Part shown: piece after piece, positions 43,096-56,281 of the stretch
How the letters are laid out: every line of letters begins with the position of its first letter
Position numbering within the stretch: the first letter of the stretch is position 1
DNA from: Eledone cirrhosa
Taxonomy: Eukaryota
Direction: 5' to 3'
Length of the DNA stretch: 64,000 bases
Assembly: GCA_964016885.1 (NCBI GenBank)
Contig: OZ024742.1
Span: 36,952,001 to 37,016,000, forward strand
Translations under genes and position numbers: made by a program
The notes under the pieces: model-generated
What the model was told of the DNA's origin: nothing
What the model saw: the letters and a program-made list of their open reading frames with translations, nothing else
Database searches by the model: none

Positions 43096-44199
43096 AGTAT
43101 AGATTGAAGCTCTGAATTTAATGAGAAATGCAGGTTGGATGCTTCCCTTTACATCTTACGTTCTACTTATTCTCATACACCTACATGCGTGTGTGTGTGT
43201 ATTTATAGTTTTGGTACAAACGAAAGAAAATAACTATCAACACAATGTTTGTTGAATGAATATATATATATATATATACGCACACATAGTTTGACTCATG
43301 CATTATCAAATGATTTCTTGGGCGTAAATACGTCTAAGATATATGTGTGTAGGAGAGTAATGCAGTAAACGCATGCAACAGAAATAAAACTACTAAATAA
43401 TAATAAAAGTGAACTCCAACATGGTTGTGAATGTAGTTTTTTTTTCTCCCATTAAAACAATTTAAATATTTTAGAGCTTTTATATATATAATTTTTATTT
43501 CGTCCTTCCTACACAATGTTAAATAAGTGAGTGATTTACAAAAATCTGTCCAACCAAAAATATTTTCTTATTTTACCTTCATTCATTTTCCAGGACTTGA
43601 AAAAATTATAAATAAATAAAATGTTTTGTTAATCTTTTCGTTACCATATTTCTATGATTTTCAAATAATTTTGAAAATAACCAATTTGAAAAGTTCTCGT
43701 TATCATGTTGGTATTTAGAGCATAACTTGAAGCTTCTTATGAAATTAAGATGAGATGTTTTTAGATTGATATAAACACTTTAATCCTTTCATTGCCGTAT
43801 TTCTAATAATACCTATGATTTGAAAATAATCAAGAATTTCAAAATTTAGTAACTAATTTTCTCATGGTGTTTAGACTACTGCTTAACAAAGGGTCTCATA
43901 GAATTATGATGGAAGGTTATTAGATAAATGTAAACAGTCTAGTACCATAAAACCAGGTACAGTTTAGTATCAAAAGTGTTAATTTACAATATTTAAAATT
44001 TTCTTCAGTTCTTCAAATAAAAAAAAATAGAATTTGAAAATCTTATTCTATTGTATATTTAATTTTCTCTTTTTAATTTTATAACATGAAATAAAATTCT
44101 TTCATCTCATCTTTTGTTATATTTATTGTAAATTAAACCTTATTTGTATTTTAAACTAAAATGTATATATTACAATATAAAGAAGCATTGGGAGTTCCT

Positions 44200-45570
44200 G
44201 AAAGATAATCTGCTGAAGGCAACAGATGAGATATGTGACTGGAGCAGGGCTCCAGATAGGATGGCTACTTGGTGGTGGAACAGTAGGGTAGATGAAATAA
44301 TTAAGACCAAGGGACAAGCATGAAAAAAAAATAGAAGAATGGGAGAAGTTTGTCAACAATTCTACTTTGCAAGGAGGAAAGCAGAAGATAAAAAGTTTAA
44401 CATGGTTTGCAGCATGAAGACTGGAAATAGGTGTTTAGGATTGCAAGGCAGTGTGCCAGGGAAACTTGTGATGTCGTTGGAGAGAAGTATGTCGAAGATG
44501 ATAAAGGCACTCTTGCCTTCATGGACGCTGAAAAGAAAGTAGCATGGAAGAATCATTATGAATTATTACTAAATGAGGAGAATGCATGGGAGCATGATGG
44601 TCTACCTCATGTAGACCTAAAAGAGGGTCCAGCTGTACAAGTCAGCAGCAGCATGGCAATTAAGGATTTGAAGGCAGGGAAATCAGCTGGTTCATTGGGG
44701 ATAGTCATTGAGATGCTGAAAGCGTCTGGGATGGTAGGTCACACCTTAACCACTCGTACGGTAAACCAGGTAATACAAAATGGTGTCATACTGAATGATT
44801 GGCGTAGCAGCATCATTGTCAACTGCTGCAAGGGTAAAGGAGGCGAACTAGAGAAAACTACTGAGGCATCAAATTGATGGAGCAGGTCATGAAGGTAACA
44901 GAAAAAGTTATAGCACAGCTGATTAAGGGCCAGGTTGAGCAAGATGCAATGTAGTTTGGATTTGTGCCAGGTAAAAGTACCATTGACACCCTCATCCTTG
45001 TGAAGCAACTGCAAGCTAAAAGTAAGCCCTTTTACCTGATATTTGTTGATCAGGAGAAAGCTTTTGATAGAGTCCCCCATGGCGTAATCTGGTGGGTTTT
45101 AAGGAAACTAGGAGTAGATGAGTGGCTTGTGAAGGCTGTACAAGCCATGTATAGAGGAGTAGTCAGAAAAGTTAGGATTAACAATGACTATAGTGAAGAA
45201 TTTAGCATGCAGATGGGTGTCCTCTAGTGCTTTGTTCTTAGCCCTTTCCTGTTTATTATCGTCCTGCAGGCTATAACAGAGGAGTTTAAGATTGGCTGCA
45301 TATGGGAACTCCTGTATGCAGACGGTCTAACACATAACTGAATCTAAGACAAAATTAGGGAAGAAATTCTAAATCTGAAAGCATAGCCTAGAATCAAAAT
45401 GTCTTAAAATACTAAGTAGAAGGGAAAACAGAGCCCTGATCCCCTCAAGGAAATGGCCTTGCTCAGTTTGTAAGAAAGGCCTAGGTAAAAATTCCATCCT
45501 CTGTCCTAAATGCAAACTATGGGTACACAAGAGATGTAGTGGGATCTCAGGTAGGTTAGCTAAGAAACAG
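44200..45570 (+). mobile_element. Old degenerate RTE fragment
   Basis: FRIARQC, AWKNHYELLLNEENAW, KAFDRVP with many stops and frameshifts. Confidence 0.85.
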
Positions 45571-45589
45571 CAGGCTGCCAAACTTCTAC

Positions 45590-46290
45590 CATCTAATCAA
45601 AAACCACAATGAACGACTGAAAATTAGACCCATTGTCTCCAGTGTTGAAGGACCATCTTATAAAATCTTTTGGCTTCTGTCCAAGATTTTAAAGTCTCTG
45701 TTGACAACCTTCCCGGGCCACGTCTACACCTCAGATGATGTTATCCAGCGACTCAGCCAACTAGAACTTGACACCCTCAAATCCAACAGGTACGCCTTCA
45801 GCCTAGATGTAATATCCCTCTACACATCAGTACCTGCACTCGCAGCAGTGGACATATTCACTGAATGTGTCAGTTTCAGCAACCTAGATTGTTTCGGCCT
45901 CACCACCACCGACATCCACCAGCTCCTATCCATTATTGTAAACAACACCTTCTTCAATTTCCTCGGACAAACTTACCAACAGACCTCTGGACTACCCATA
46001 GGCTCCAGCCTTTCGGGTTACTGGCCATTTTGTATATGAATAGGCTTGGACGCCAAGTACTCAGCTCTTGCGACACCTGCGCTTTCTTCACTAGATATCT
46101 GGATGATATACTCATCCTCACATCTACCAAGGAGAATACCAACAAGATTTTCAAATCTTTCAACAATGTTGATAATAACATCAAGTTCAGCATCAAACAT
46201 CCCACCAACTCCGGGTCCCTTGCTCTACTTGATTTCAGATTGAACATCTCTGACAGCAGTGAAATCCACACTGATTTCTACTGCAAAGCA
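45590..46290 (+). mobile_element. Decayed Penelope-like RT fragment (different PLE lineage)
   Basis: KIRPIVSSVEGP, FSLDVISLYTSVP, YQQTSGLPIGSSLSG, RYLDDILIL, LALLDF. Confidence 0.8.
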
Positions 46291-46529
46291 GAAACAGATC
46301 TAGCGATGAAAGTATAATCCATTTTAATACTTGAGGGTATGTGTTTAAATTTACATAATATTTGTTCTGTATATATGTACAAAATACTAGTTGTTTCTCA
46401 ATTGATATATCCTGTTATATATCATTTATACTTATATATTATAGATGCTCTGAACAGAAACATTATCGATATACATTTCATATGTATTGATTAAACCTAA
46501 AATTAGCTTTTATATATGTATATATATAT

Positions 46530-46657
46530 AACAAATTTAATATAGAAATAGCATCTACAAGACTAGAACTGTTTCATTTGAAGGAAATCATCAGGACTTT
46601 CCTGATGAAATGAAACAGTTCTAGTCCTGTAGAAGACATTTCTATATTAAATTTGTT
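46530..46657. repeat. Imperfect palindrome of two head-to-head HHR-core-containing arms
   Basis: tcatcag (46588-46594) and ctgatga (46602-46608) flank the centre; each arm continues GAAAC..GTC. Confidence 0.7.
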
Positions 46658-47102
46658 GTATGCACTAGTAATGTATTGAGTACCTCACTTACTGTAGTTA
46701 CCCCTGATTGAACCCGGGACTCATACATATATATAGGAAAAGAGTCAGGACCCTGACGGCTGAGCTCCAGCCGTTTCGACAGCTAGATCCAATTATATTA
46801 TAACAAAAAAAGAGTTGTAGTCAAGTTCTAAACTAGTTTAATACTTTACAATTGTTTCGGTGATGCCATATGGATCATTACACAACCAAAAAGATTAATT
46901 TATGTGTAACATATGTAAATAAAAATAAAAATATAGAAAAGTAAATAAGTATACATAATATATATATAATACAAAATATACTGGAGTCAAGCCCTGGATG
47001 GCCATTTTTGGGCGAGTGGAGAATTACAGCTCAATATGATACATTGAAAGATTACAAATAAAGTTATATATATATATCTTTACCCTTGCTATATATATAT
47101 AT

Positions 47103-49876
47103 TATATCAGGGGAACACACCAGTCAGATAGATTATATCCTTACCAGAAGACGTGACAGAGTGTCTGTTGTAAACACTAAATCCCTCCCCCATGAAGAAT
47201 GCACCTCCCAACATAGCCACATAGTTAGCGACCTCATAGTCAGGATGAGACGCACTCGACAACAGAGGAGGACTACCCTAAGGAGAAGAATATTGAAGTT
47301 CAAGGACCCCACAGTCAATAACAAATTTAAAAGCATATTACTTGATGCTTTTGACAGTAAGGAAGAACAATTAGAGTCGTACAATATAGAAGAACAGTGG
47401 GATTCCTGAAAGTTAACCTGCTGAACGCGACAGATGAAATCTGTGGCTGGAGCAGACCTATAGGCAGGAGGAGAGTAGCTTGGTGGTGGAACAGTAAGGT
47501 GGAGGAGTCAATCAAAGCCAAAAAGCAGGCTTGGAAAGTATGGCGGGATGGGGGAAGTAGAGAAGACTATCAAGTGGCCAGGAGGGAAGCTAGGAGACAA
47601 GTGTACTTCGCAAGAAGGGAAGCAAAGGAAAGAAAGTTCAAGCATGTTCTACAACACGACGACCAAAAACGTGGTGTTCAGGATTGCTAGGCAATGTGTC
47701 AAAGAAAACCGTGATATTGTTGGGGAGAAGTGTGTCCGTAATGATGATGGTGTACTTGCCATCACTGATGCTGATAAGAAGGTAGCTTGGAAGTGTCACT
47801 ACGAAAGGCTACTAAATGAGGAGAATAAATGGGACAAAGATAGTCTGCCACACATCGATCGAATAGAGGGACCAGCAGTGCAAGTTGAAGGTAGTATAAG
47901 TAAGGCAATCAAAGATATGAAGACAGGCAAGGCAGCTGGGCCTTCGGAGATAGTTGCTGAAATGCTGAAAGTATCTGGAACAGTGGGACACACTATGGTC
48001 ACACGGATACTAAACCAAGTCATACAGAACGGGGTCATACCAAATGACTGGTGTAGCAGCAGCATCATTAACTGCTACAAGGGTAAAGGAGATGCACTAG
48101 ATAGAGGAAACTATAGAGGCATTAAATTAATTGACCAGGTCATGAAAGTCACAGAAAAAGTTATAGCGCAACTAATCAGAGAGCAAATTGATCTAGATGA
48201 AATGCAGTTCGGGTTTGTATCAGGCAAAAGTACCACAGACGCCCTTTTCCTTGTACGACAACTACAGGAGAAGTACCTAGCTAAAAGTAAACCCCTCTAC
48301 TTAGCTTTTGTTGACTTGGAGAAAGCCTTTGAGTCCCCCGCGCCATTATCTGGTGGGCCCTTAGAAAACTAGGGGTTGATGAATGGCTTGTGAGAGCTAT
48401 ACAAGCCATGTATAAAGAAACAGTCAGCAAGGTTAGAATTAACAACGAATATAGTGAAGAATTTAGCGTAAAAGTTGGTGTGCATCAGGGCTCTGTCCTT
48501 AGCCCCCTCCTATTTATTATTGCCCTTCAGGCCATAACAGAGGAGTTCAAGACTGCCCAAGGGAACTTCTCTATGCAGACGATCTAACGCTCATAGCTGA
48601 ATCAATGGCTGAACTAGAGAAGAAATTCCAAACATGGAAGCATGGCCTAGAATCAAAAGGCCTTGAAGTTAACTTGTCTAAGACTAAGGTTCTAGTATGT
48701 AGGAAGGAAAATAGGGCACTGATCCCCTCTGGGAAATGGCCATGCTCAGTGTGTAGGAAAGGAGTAGGCAGAAACTCTATTTTATGTCCCAAATGCAAAG
48801 TATGGGTGCATAAAAGATGTAGTGGGATCAGATCACAGTTAAGCTAAGAACATAGATTTTATATGTGGCCAGTGCTCAGGTGCAATAAGTAGCAGCAAGT
48901 TCCCACAGAATACTAGCTCTTTCTATTGTCCAGATGGTTCTATAGAAATAGTGGACACCTTCCGTTACCTGGGTGACAAAATCAGCAGTGGTGGAGGGTG
49001 CTCTGAAAGTACAGTAGCTAGAGTCAGAACGGGATGGAAAAAGTTCAGAGAGCTTATACCACTTTTGGCCGCTAAAGGTTTCTCTCTAAAAATGAAAGGC
49101 AGACTGTATGATGCCTGCATACGAACAGCAATGTTACATGGCAGTGCGACATGGGCATTGTGTGCAGAGGATCTGCACAGACTTGCATGCTCCGTTGGAT
49201 GTGTAATAGTAATATACGTGAACAGCAAAGCATAAATGAACTAAGTGAGAAATTAGAAATAAGAGGGATCAGATGCTGTTTACTCGAGAGAAGACTACGT
49301 TGGTATGGTCACGTGATGCGTATGAAAGACGACAGCTGTATAAAAAAAGTGCAGAGCGATCAAAATTGATGGAAGCTACGGAGTAGGCAGACCAAGAAAA
49401 ACCTGGGACGATTTGATAAATTCCGACCTTACACACTTACATCTCTCCAAGACAATGTCACTGGACCGAGATCTTTGGCACTACGCAGTCATACAGAAGG
49501 CCCGCCTTGCCTATGTACAAAGCAAAACCTACAGTCAGTAGGCACCTCTTAACCAAAAATACACCCCCACCCCACTACCCCTACTCCCACCCCCCATCTC
49601 TGTAAAGTTATGTTGGTACCACAACATCCAGTCCTAAATAAATGAGGTCGTGTAGGTGTCACAACAAAAAAACACAGTCCATGCTGTAATGTGGCTGTGT
49701 AGGTAACAACCTCCCAGTCCATACTGTAAACGTGGTTGGTGTTAGGAAGAGCATCCAGCTGTAAAAAACCTGCCAGACAGTCCTATACAAGCAAGACAAC
49801 CAATCCTGCCTCAAGTGGGATAATTCCCGTCTAAACCCATGCTAGCGTGGAAGATAGACGTTAAACGATGATGATA
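47103..49876 (+). mobile_element. 5'-truncated degenerate RTE LINE (family A) with 3' UTR
   Basis: SGEHTSQIDYIL through RRLRWYGHV; 3' UTR matches ~19880-20270. Confidence 0.92.
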
Positions 49877-50340
49877 TATTTGTACATATATGGTATAATT
49901 ACAAATTACCAATATTATCTCATACATCATCTACAAGAAACTTTGACATGTGACATATAGTAGATTACAATCACCATAACAGCTATGTTGTGGAGCATTC
50001 TAGAACAAAGTTTATAATATGTATATTTGCAAAGAATAACTGAAAATCAAGAATTTTTTTTTTATATTTTATTTTTGAGTGTATATTTTCTTGTACTTAA
50101 ACTTCTCCAACAAAGTATTTTACCATTGATATAAAGGTTTCTAATTTAGGCAGAAGGCCAGCAATTTAAGAAAAGGAGAAAATCAATTATATTGATCTCA
50201 GTATTTACCAGGTACTTATTTTATCAGCCTTGAAAGGATGAATGTTGATCTTGGTGTTGTTTAAACGTAAAGAATCATAACTAATGCGGCAAACCATTTT
50301 GTCCAACATTCTAATAATTCTGCCAATCTACTGCCCTTAA

Positions 50341-50538
50341 CCCTTTAGCATTTAGATTATTCTATATATATTATAATATTGTATTTTCGTGGTAAAGGCT
50401 TTATCTTACATAATATTGAATCTATGAGATTTTGATGGCAATACCTTAATTTCAGTTTGAGTGGCCAGTTATGGCTGGTTTAAACAGAAAAGGGTAAGAG
50501 AATTCTGGCTGGATACAGCTAGATTAATTACTAAAGGG
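50341..50538. mobile_element. TTAA-specific (piggyBac-like) MITE
   Basis: TTAA-ccctttag...ctaaaggg-TTAA; same family as 52498 and 53289. Confidence 0.75.
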
Positions 50539-50568
50539 TTAATATAGGTATCATAATGGTATGGTTTT

Positions 50569-51999
50569 TCATTTGTGTTTGTACTTGTGGTTAGTTAAAC
50601 AACCTTTGTACAAGAAAGTTTTACCACATATATCACAGCTGTATGACTTCTCACCTACGTGTGTGCGCTTGTGATAAGCTAAGTTACCACTTAGAGAGAA
50701 TGCTTTACCACAGATACCACAACGGTATGGTTTCACACCTGTGTGTACACGTTTATGATAAAATAAGTTACCACTTTGAGAGAATGTTTTACCACAGATA
50801 TCACAGTGGTATGGTTTGACTCCAGTGTGGACACGTTTGTGAGAAGATAGCTCACAACTTACAGTAAACGTTTTACCACAGATATCACAGCAGTGTGGCT
50901 TATACCCTGTATGTATACGTTTGTGACGAGTTAACACACTACTTGTAGAGAAATATTTACCACAGACATCACAATGGTATGGTTTCTCACCTGTGTGCAT
51001 ACGTCGGTGGTTCGTCAAGTCACCATTTGCAGAAAAAGTTTTACCACAGATATCACAATGGTATGGTTTAATTCCTAAATGTGTCTTTGTATGACTATAT
51101 AAATTACTACTGTTAATGAATGTCTTGCCACAGAATTCACAATGGTATGATTTCTCACCAGTATGTAACCGACTGTGGAAAATTAAACTACTTTTATACG
51201 AGAATGCTTTACTACAGATATCACATGGGTATGGTTTCTCCCCTGTGTGTATCCGTTTGTGCGTAGATAAACTACTGACATAGGAGAATGTTTTACCACA
51301 GATATCACAGCGGTATGGTTTCTCACCAGTATGCACACGTTTGTGACAAGATAGGCCAGAACTTGCAAGAAACGATTTACCACAGACATCACAATGGTGT
51401 GGCCTATCTCCTGTGTGAATACGTCTGTGACGACTTAACAATCCACTTTGAGAGAATGCTTTACCGCAAACATCACAGTGGTATGGTTTCTCTCCCGTGT
51501 GAATACGTTTGTGGCTAGATAAAGAACAATTTGCAGTAAATTCTTTACCACAAATATCACATTGATATGGTTTAACTCCTGAATGTTTTATTTTGTGATT
51601 ATATAAACTACCAGATTGAGCAAATGTTTTACCACAGATATCACAGTGGAAAGGCTCTTCCCCAGTGTGAATACGTTTGTGAGAAGATAATGAGCTGCTG
51701 ATAGTGAAGGTTTTACCACAGATATCACAATGAAATGGTTTAACTTCTGCATGTTTCCTTTTATGACTATATAAATTACTATTCTTCGAGAATGTTTTAC
51801 CACAGATGTCACAATGGTATGGTTTCTCACCTGTATGAGTACGTTTGTGATCAATAAGGTGGTTATTTTGTTGGAAAGTCTTACCACAGATGTCACAGTG
51901 GTATGGTCTTTTCTTTGCACGTCTCTGTGTTTGATGAGATAAGGCAATAGTTTTACACTTACTCTTACCCTCATTCTCACACACCTCCCCTTCTTCCAT
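50569..51999 (-). CDS. C2H2 zinc-finger protein, 16 tandem fingers, 476 aa, single coding exon
   Basis: 16 CxxC-x12-HxxxH units with TGEKPY-type linkers; candidate splice acceptor tctttatttCAG upstream (exon start 52207). Confidence 0.93.
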   Translation of the reverse strand: MEEGEVCENEGKSKCKTIALSHQTQRRAKKRPYHCDICGKTFQQNNHLIDHKRTHTGEKPYHCDICGKTFSKNSNLYSHKRKHAEVKPFHCDICGKTFTISSSLSSHKRIHTGEEPFHCDICGKTFAQSGSLYNHKIKHSGVKPYQCDICGKEFTANCSLSSHKRIHTGEKPYHCDVCGKAFSQSGLLSRHRRIHTGDRPHHCDVCGKSFLASSGLSCHKRVHTGEKPYRCDICGKTFSYVSSLSTHKRIHTGEKPYPCDICSKAFSYKSSLIFHSRLHTGEKSYHCEFCGKTFINSSNLYSHTKTHLGIKPYHCDICGKTFSANGDLTNHRRMHTGEKPYHCDVCGKYFSTSSVLTRHKRIHTGYKPHCCDICGKTFTVSCELSSHKRVHTGVKPYHCDICGKTFSQSGNLFYHKRVHTGVKPYRCGICGKAFSLSGNLAYHKRTHVGEKSYSCDICGKTFLYKGCLTNHKYKHK

Positions 52000-52444
52000 A
52001 TCAAACCTTATTCACAATATACAAATTATTTCTGTATCACAACAATGAAATATATTTCAAATTAATCTGAAGTCAGGAAATATTTCACAGTTATTTAAAC
52101 AAAATGACATGTATTTAGTAACAATGTCATTCTTTAGTCCTTAGGATGTGAGAAATTTCTTGCTGTATCTTGGCTCAGAAATTCATGTCTCAATATCACC
52201 AGATGTCCTGAAATAAAGACAATATAAGATATAAAGATAATAAAATGTCAATATGGTGATTATTAAAAAGATTTCTTTACCATATGAAAGACACTGCATA
52301 TCATTTTCAAATAATCAGGAAAATAGAGGGATTTCATAACATAACTAATTTTCTAATTCTTAAGTTGGTGTTTGGAACATAAAACTATGATGGAAGGCTT
52401 TACTCCTTTTATTGTTATATTTGAGGAGGTCATATCTGTTTTAA

Positions 52445-53260
52445 CCCTCTGACAGACTGGTGTTCCAGAGTGGAATATTGTACTGTCGGTCATTTAACCC
52501 TTTAGCATTTGCATTACTTTATATTTACTATTGTATTTTCACGGTAAAGGCCTTATCTTACATAATTATCTCACGTAATATCAAATCTACGAGATTTTGA
52601 TGTCATTTATTTTGAGAACAATACCTTAATGTAGGTATGAGTGGCCAGTTACAGCTGGTTTGAATAGAAAGAGATGAGAGTTTTGGCCGGATATGGCCGG
52701 TTTAAATGCTAAAGGGTTAAGGCCAATGAAACTGGGATAAGCTCTGGAGGGATAAGTCAATATCTGTTTCAAAATACAATTTCATATCAAAAACCTTGCA
52801 AAACAAATACATTTAGTCCTTTTGTTACCATATTTCTCATAAAATATACTGCCTTAAGATAAATATAAACACTTTAAAACAGTTTCATGTTGTAGAACCA
52901 TGGGCAGTTTCAGGTATTTTGGTACCAAAAGGGTTAAAGTAATTTAGATAGAAACATTGAAAGAGACAGAAAATATGAGCCTCTCATGCAAACGGGTCAT
53001 TGGGGTGCAGTTGGTCAATATAGAGAAGAGTCACGGGTGGCCACGTTGACTGAGGTATCTAGGAAACCAGTCGTTGAAATGTTATCACCTGTTGCCATGG
53101 GCTTAAGTTAAAATTCATTTATTGTTCTGTTATTTGTAAGTTAAAATTAAAGTATGTCCCAAGCCTAGAAGCTCATCCCACTAGAACTTATCCTAGTTTC
53201 ATTGGCCTTAAGTGACCAAGAGTACAATATTCCAGTCTGGAACACCAGTCTGTCAGAGGG
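52445..53260. mobile_element. Larger TTAA MITE with ~100-bp TIRs containing a nested MITE at 52498-52716
   Basis: TTAA-ccctctgacagactggtgttccag...ctggaacaccagtctgtcagaggg-TTAA; nested element TTAA-ccctttagcattt...aaatgctaaaggg-TTAA. Confidence 0.8.
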
Positions 53261-53288
53261 TTAAAACTCAGCTACAGCTCATATTTAA

Positions 53289-53499
53289 CCCTTTAGCATC
53301 TAAACCAGCTGTATCCGGCCAGAATTCTCTCACCTCTGTTCAAACCGGTCATAACCGGCTGCTCATACTTATGTTAAGGTATTCCCAAAATAAATATCAA
53401 AATCTCATAGATTCAATTTTATGTGAGATAATTATGAGAGGAAAAGTGTTTACCATGAAAATACAATAGTAAATATAGAGTAATGTAAATGATAAAGGG
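53289..53499. mobile_element. TTAA MITE, opposite orientation to 52498
   Basis: TTAA-ccctttagcat...atgataaaggg-TTAG. Confidence 0.72.
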
Positions 53500-54533
53500 T
53501 TAGTTCCAGCTGAGTGGACTGGAGCAGGGTGAAGGACATAATATGTTGCCCAGTTTGAGAATCAAATCCACGACCTTACAATCCTGAGTTTAACACCATA
53601 ACCACCATATACACTACATGAACATGTGTATACTTGTAACCCACACAGACTACATAGACTTAGAATCGAAAGGACTTCGCTACAAGGTGCAGGGATATAG
53701 TATGGCTTAAACCATATATCATCTTAAATAACGGCCAACTGAAATCAGAACTTTTTTTTTTTTGCTAGTTGTTGAAATACTATTATTGACGTACTTTCAG
53801 TATGGAAGACTTCACATAATTATAAAGCGTTCATTAAACAAAGCGCAGCAAGCATACTACTTGATTTTTGTTGATCAAATTCATCCCACCGCAACTTTTT
53901 TTCTCGCTGGTTATCTCTAGTAAACTTAAACTACGATCGTGAGTCTTTGCGCAAGAAATTTTATTTTACATTGCTTCATTTAGCTAGATGAAAATTAGTT
54001 ATGCCTGTAATTCAAATGGCCAACCTTGTCAAACACTAGATAATTACGTTAAGGGTACACGTGTTTGTAGAATGCCCAAACATTTGTCGTCGTAACCGAT
54101 GAAAGTCCAACATACAAAACAAGCCTTTTTGAGAGCTGGTGCCCACGTTGATGACAATCTAGAAAAATTCTTTGCGTGGCCATAGGAATTTTTGAGCAGT
54201 AGACAATACCAGTAAACTAAGAGGTACAATATGATGCCCTCGAGTTGATTGGTTATTCCAGCACCTAAACCTCACAATCACGCGCATGTGTTGGCTTGCC
54301 TAAAAACAATATTAGAAGATAGCCCCAGTTTTTCTTTTAGTATTGTATATATATATATGTATAGTCTTGTTCATTATATATATTGTATTGACAAATCGTA
54401 ATAAACATTATATACAAATTCAGTAATACTTATAATACCACAACGAACCTTTTTTTTTTAAGCAGTAAATCGCAGAGCCCAAAGGAGACAGCTTTAAAAA
54501 ATAAGACTTTGTTGGGGTTTTTTTGGCGTTTCT

Positions 54534-54572
<39 letters not shown>

Positions 54573-55519
54573 ATGTGTGTAATCACTAACAAAAGTTTAT
54601 CTCTCGCTTTCAATAAAATGTTTTTGCCACGGATGCCACTGGTTTGCGAATCTGAATACGAAAGGATGCAGAAAAAAATTAAACCCTAAAAGAACGGAAA
54701 GGAAATTAGCCGATCGTCAGATCAGACTAAAGAAACAATGCTTCCACTGTTGATACTATCTGACAGTCACAACTCCTGGCAAAAGAAAGGAGCTGATCGT
54801 CAAATCGGACTATGGAAACAATATCTTTATTAATCTTTCCATTACTGATAGATACTATCTGCTGGTCACAACATCTAGTAAAAGGAACAATGTGAAATAA
54901 AGTATTTTGCCCAAGAACACAACGCGCAGCCCTCTAAAATATCATCTTAAACCGACAATTGAAAACAGCAACTTACCGCTTTCTTGAATGTTCGTCGCAA
55001 TATGTTGTAAAACCATTCTTAACATAAATTTACGGAGATGGAAATATTAAATGATATAACACACTCATGAAGTGTTCATTTAGAACAGCTAAGGGTTATA
55101 TACATTAATAATAGTTTCTAATTTATGCACAAGGCCAGCAATTGGGGAGTGGAGAAAGTCAATTAAATCTATTCCAGTAGGCTGGTCCGTTATTTTATCG
55201 GCCCCGTTGCTTGACTGGTACCTTATTTTATGAATACTCGGAAGGATGAAAGGCAAAGTTAACTTCCACGAGACTTGCAGAAAATAGCTGGCGATTTCTC
55301 CCGCATTGCCTCATTAAAATCAAAATATATTAGAGTTATTTCCCTTTCTTCGCACTTTATATTTGTGTAATAAATAAATGCTCCCTTACTAAATCCCTGT
55401 TATTTAAATAAAGAAAGAAAAAAAAGAATAAACTGAAATACCATGATTTATTGGTAAATTACATTTTTTAGCCTGTGGCATTAAATACGTTCAGTGGGGT
55501 TGGGCCGCCGACAATGAAC

Positions 55520-56200
55520 TTATAATTATTGGCGGCTAACTTTACTGTTTTGCTGATGTTTTCCAGCAAAGAAGCAGGGGATGTGTTACACAGAATAGAG
55601 GCTGTAGTGCAGTCTATTGGACTTTTGAATGCTGACAAAACAAAATTCGTGCATCTCATTGCAACATCAAATGAACGAATGCATGCGCTAGATGGTTCAG
55701 AGATTGAAGAAGTGGATAATTTCTTATACCTTGGCAATTCCATGAGAACAGAGCACGATGTGGACACCAGGATAGTCAAGTCATGGGGGGGGGGGGGAAC
55801 TTTCAACTCCCTATCGAAGTTATCTCCGATCAAAAGGTCAACGAAAATGAGGTTATTCAAAGCAACGATTGAGACCATTCTTCCCTACGGATGTGAACCA
55901 TGGTCATTAACAAAAACACTCATAGAGGATTAATGGTACATTGGCGTGAATGCTGAGAAAGGTCCAAAGCTTAACAGGAAACCACTCTACGGTTCACACC
56001 CTCGTCATTTTCGACGGAGGTTCGCATTAGCTGGAGATGTGAAATGTCACAATGAACATGCTGGCAGATTTCTTTTCTGGAAACCAGATATATACGGATG
56101 AGTTGGGAAACCAACGAAGATGTCACCAGTTTGGAGGCAAGGGAACTGCAGACGGCAATACTGGTCAGGGAGAATTGGAGGAGGAACTTCCTCATGGCAC
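55520..56200 (+). mobile_element. Decayed RTE-group LINE 3' fragment
   Basis: IGLLNADKTK, EIEEVDNFLYLG, KMRLFKATIETILPYGCEPWSLTK. Confidence 0.7.
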
Positions 56201-56281
56201 CGGTAACAGATGTGTAAAATAAGAACCTTACTAAAATATCAGGTTATGCTCCTCGTAAGAGACTTGGCTATTCCAGTGTCT

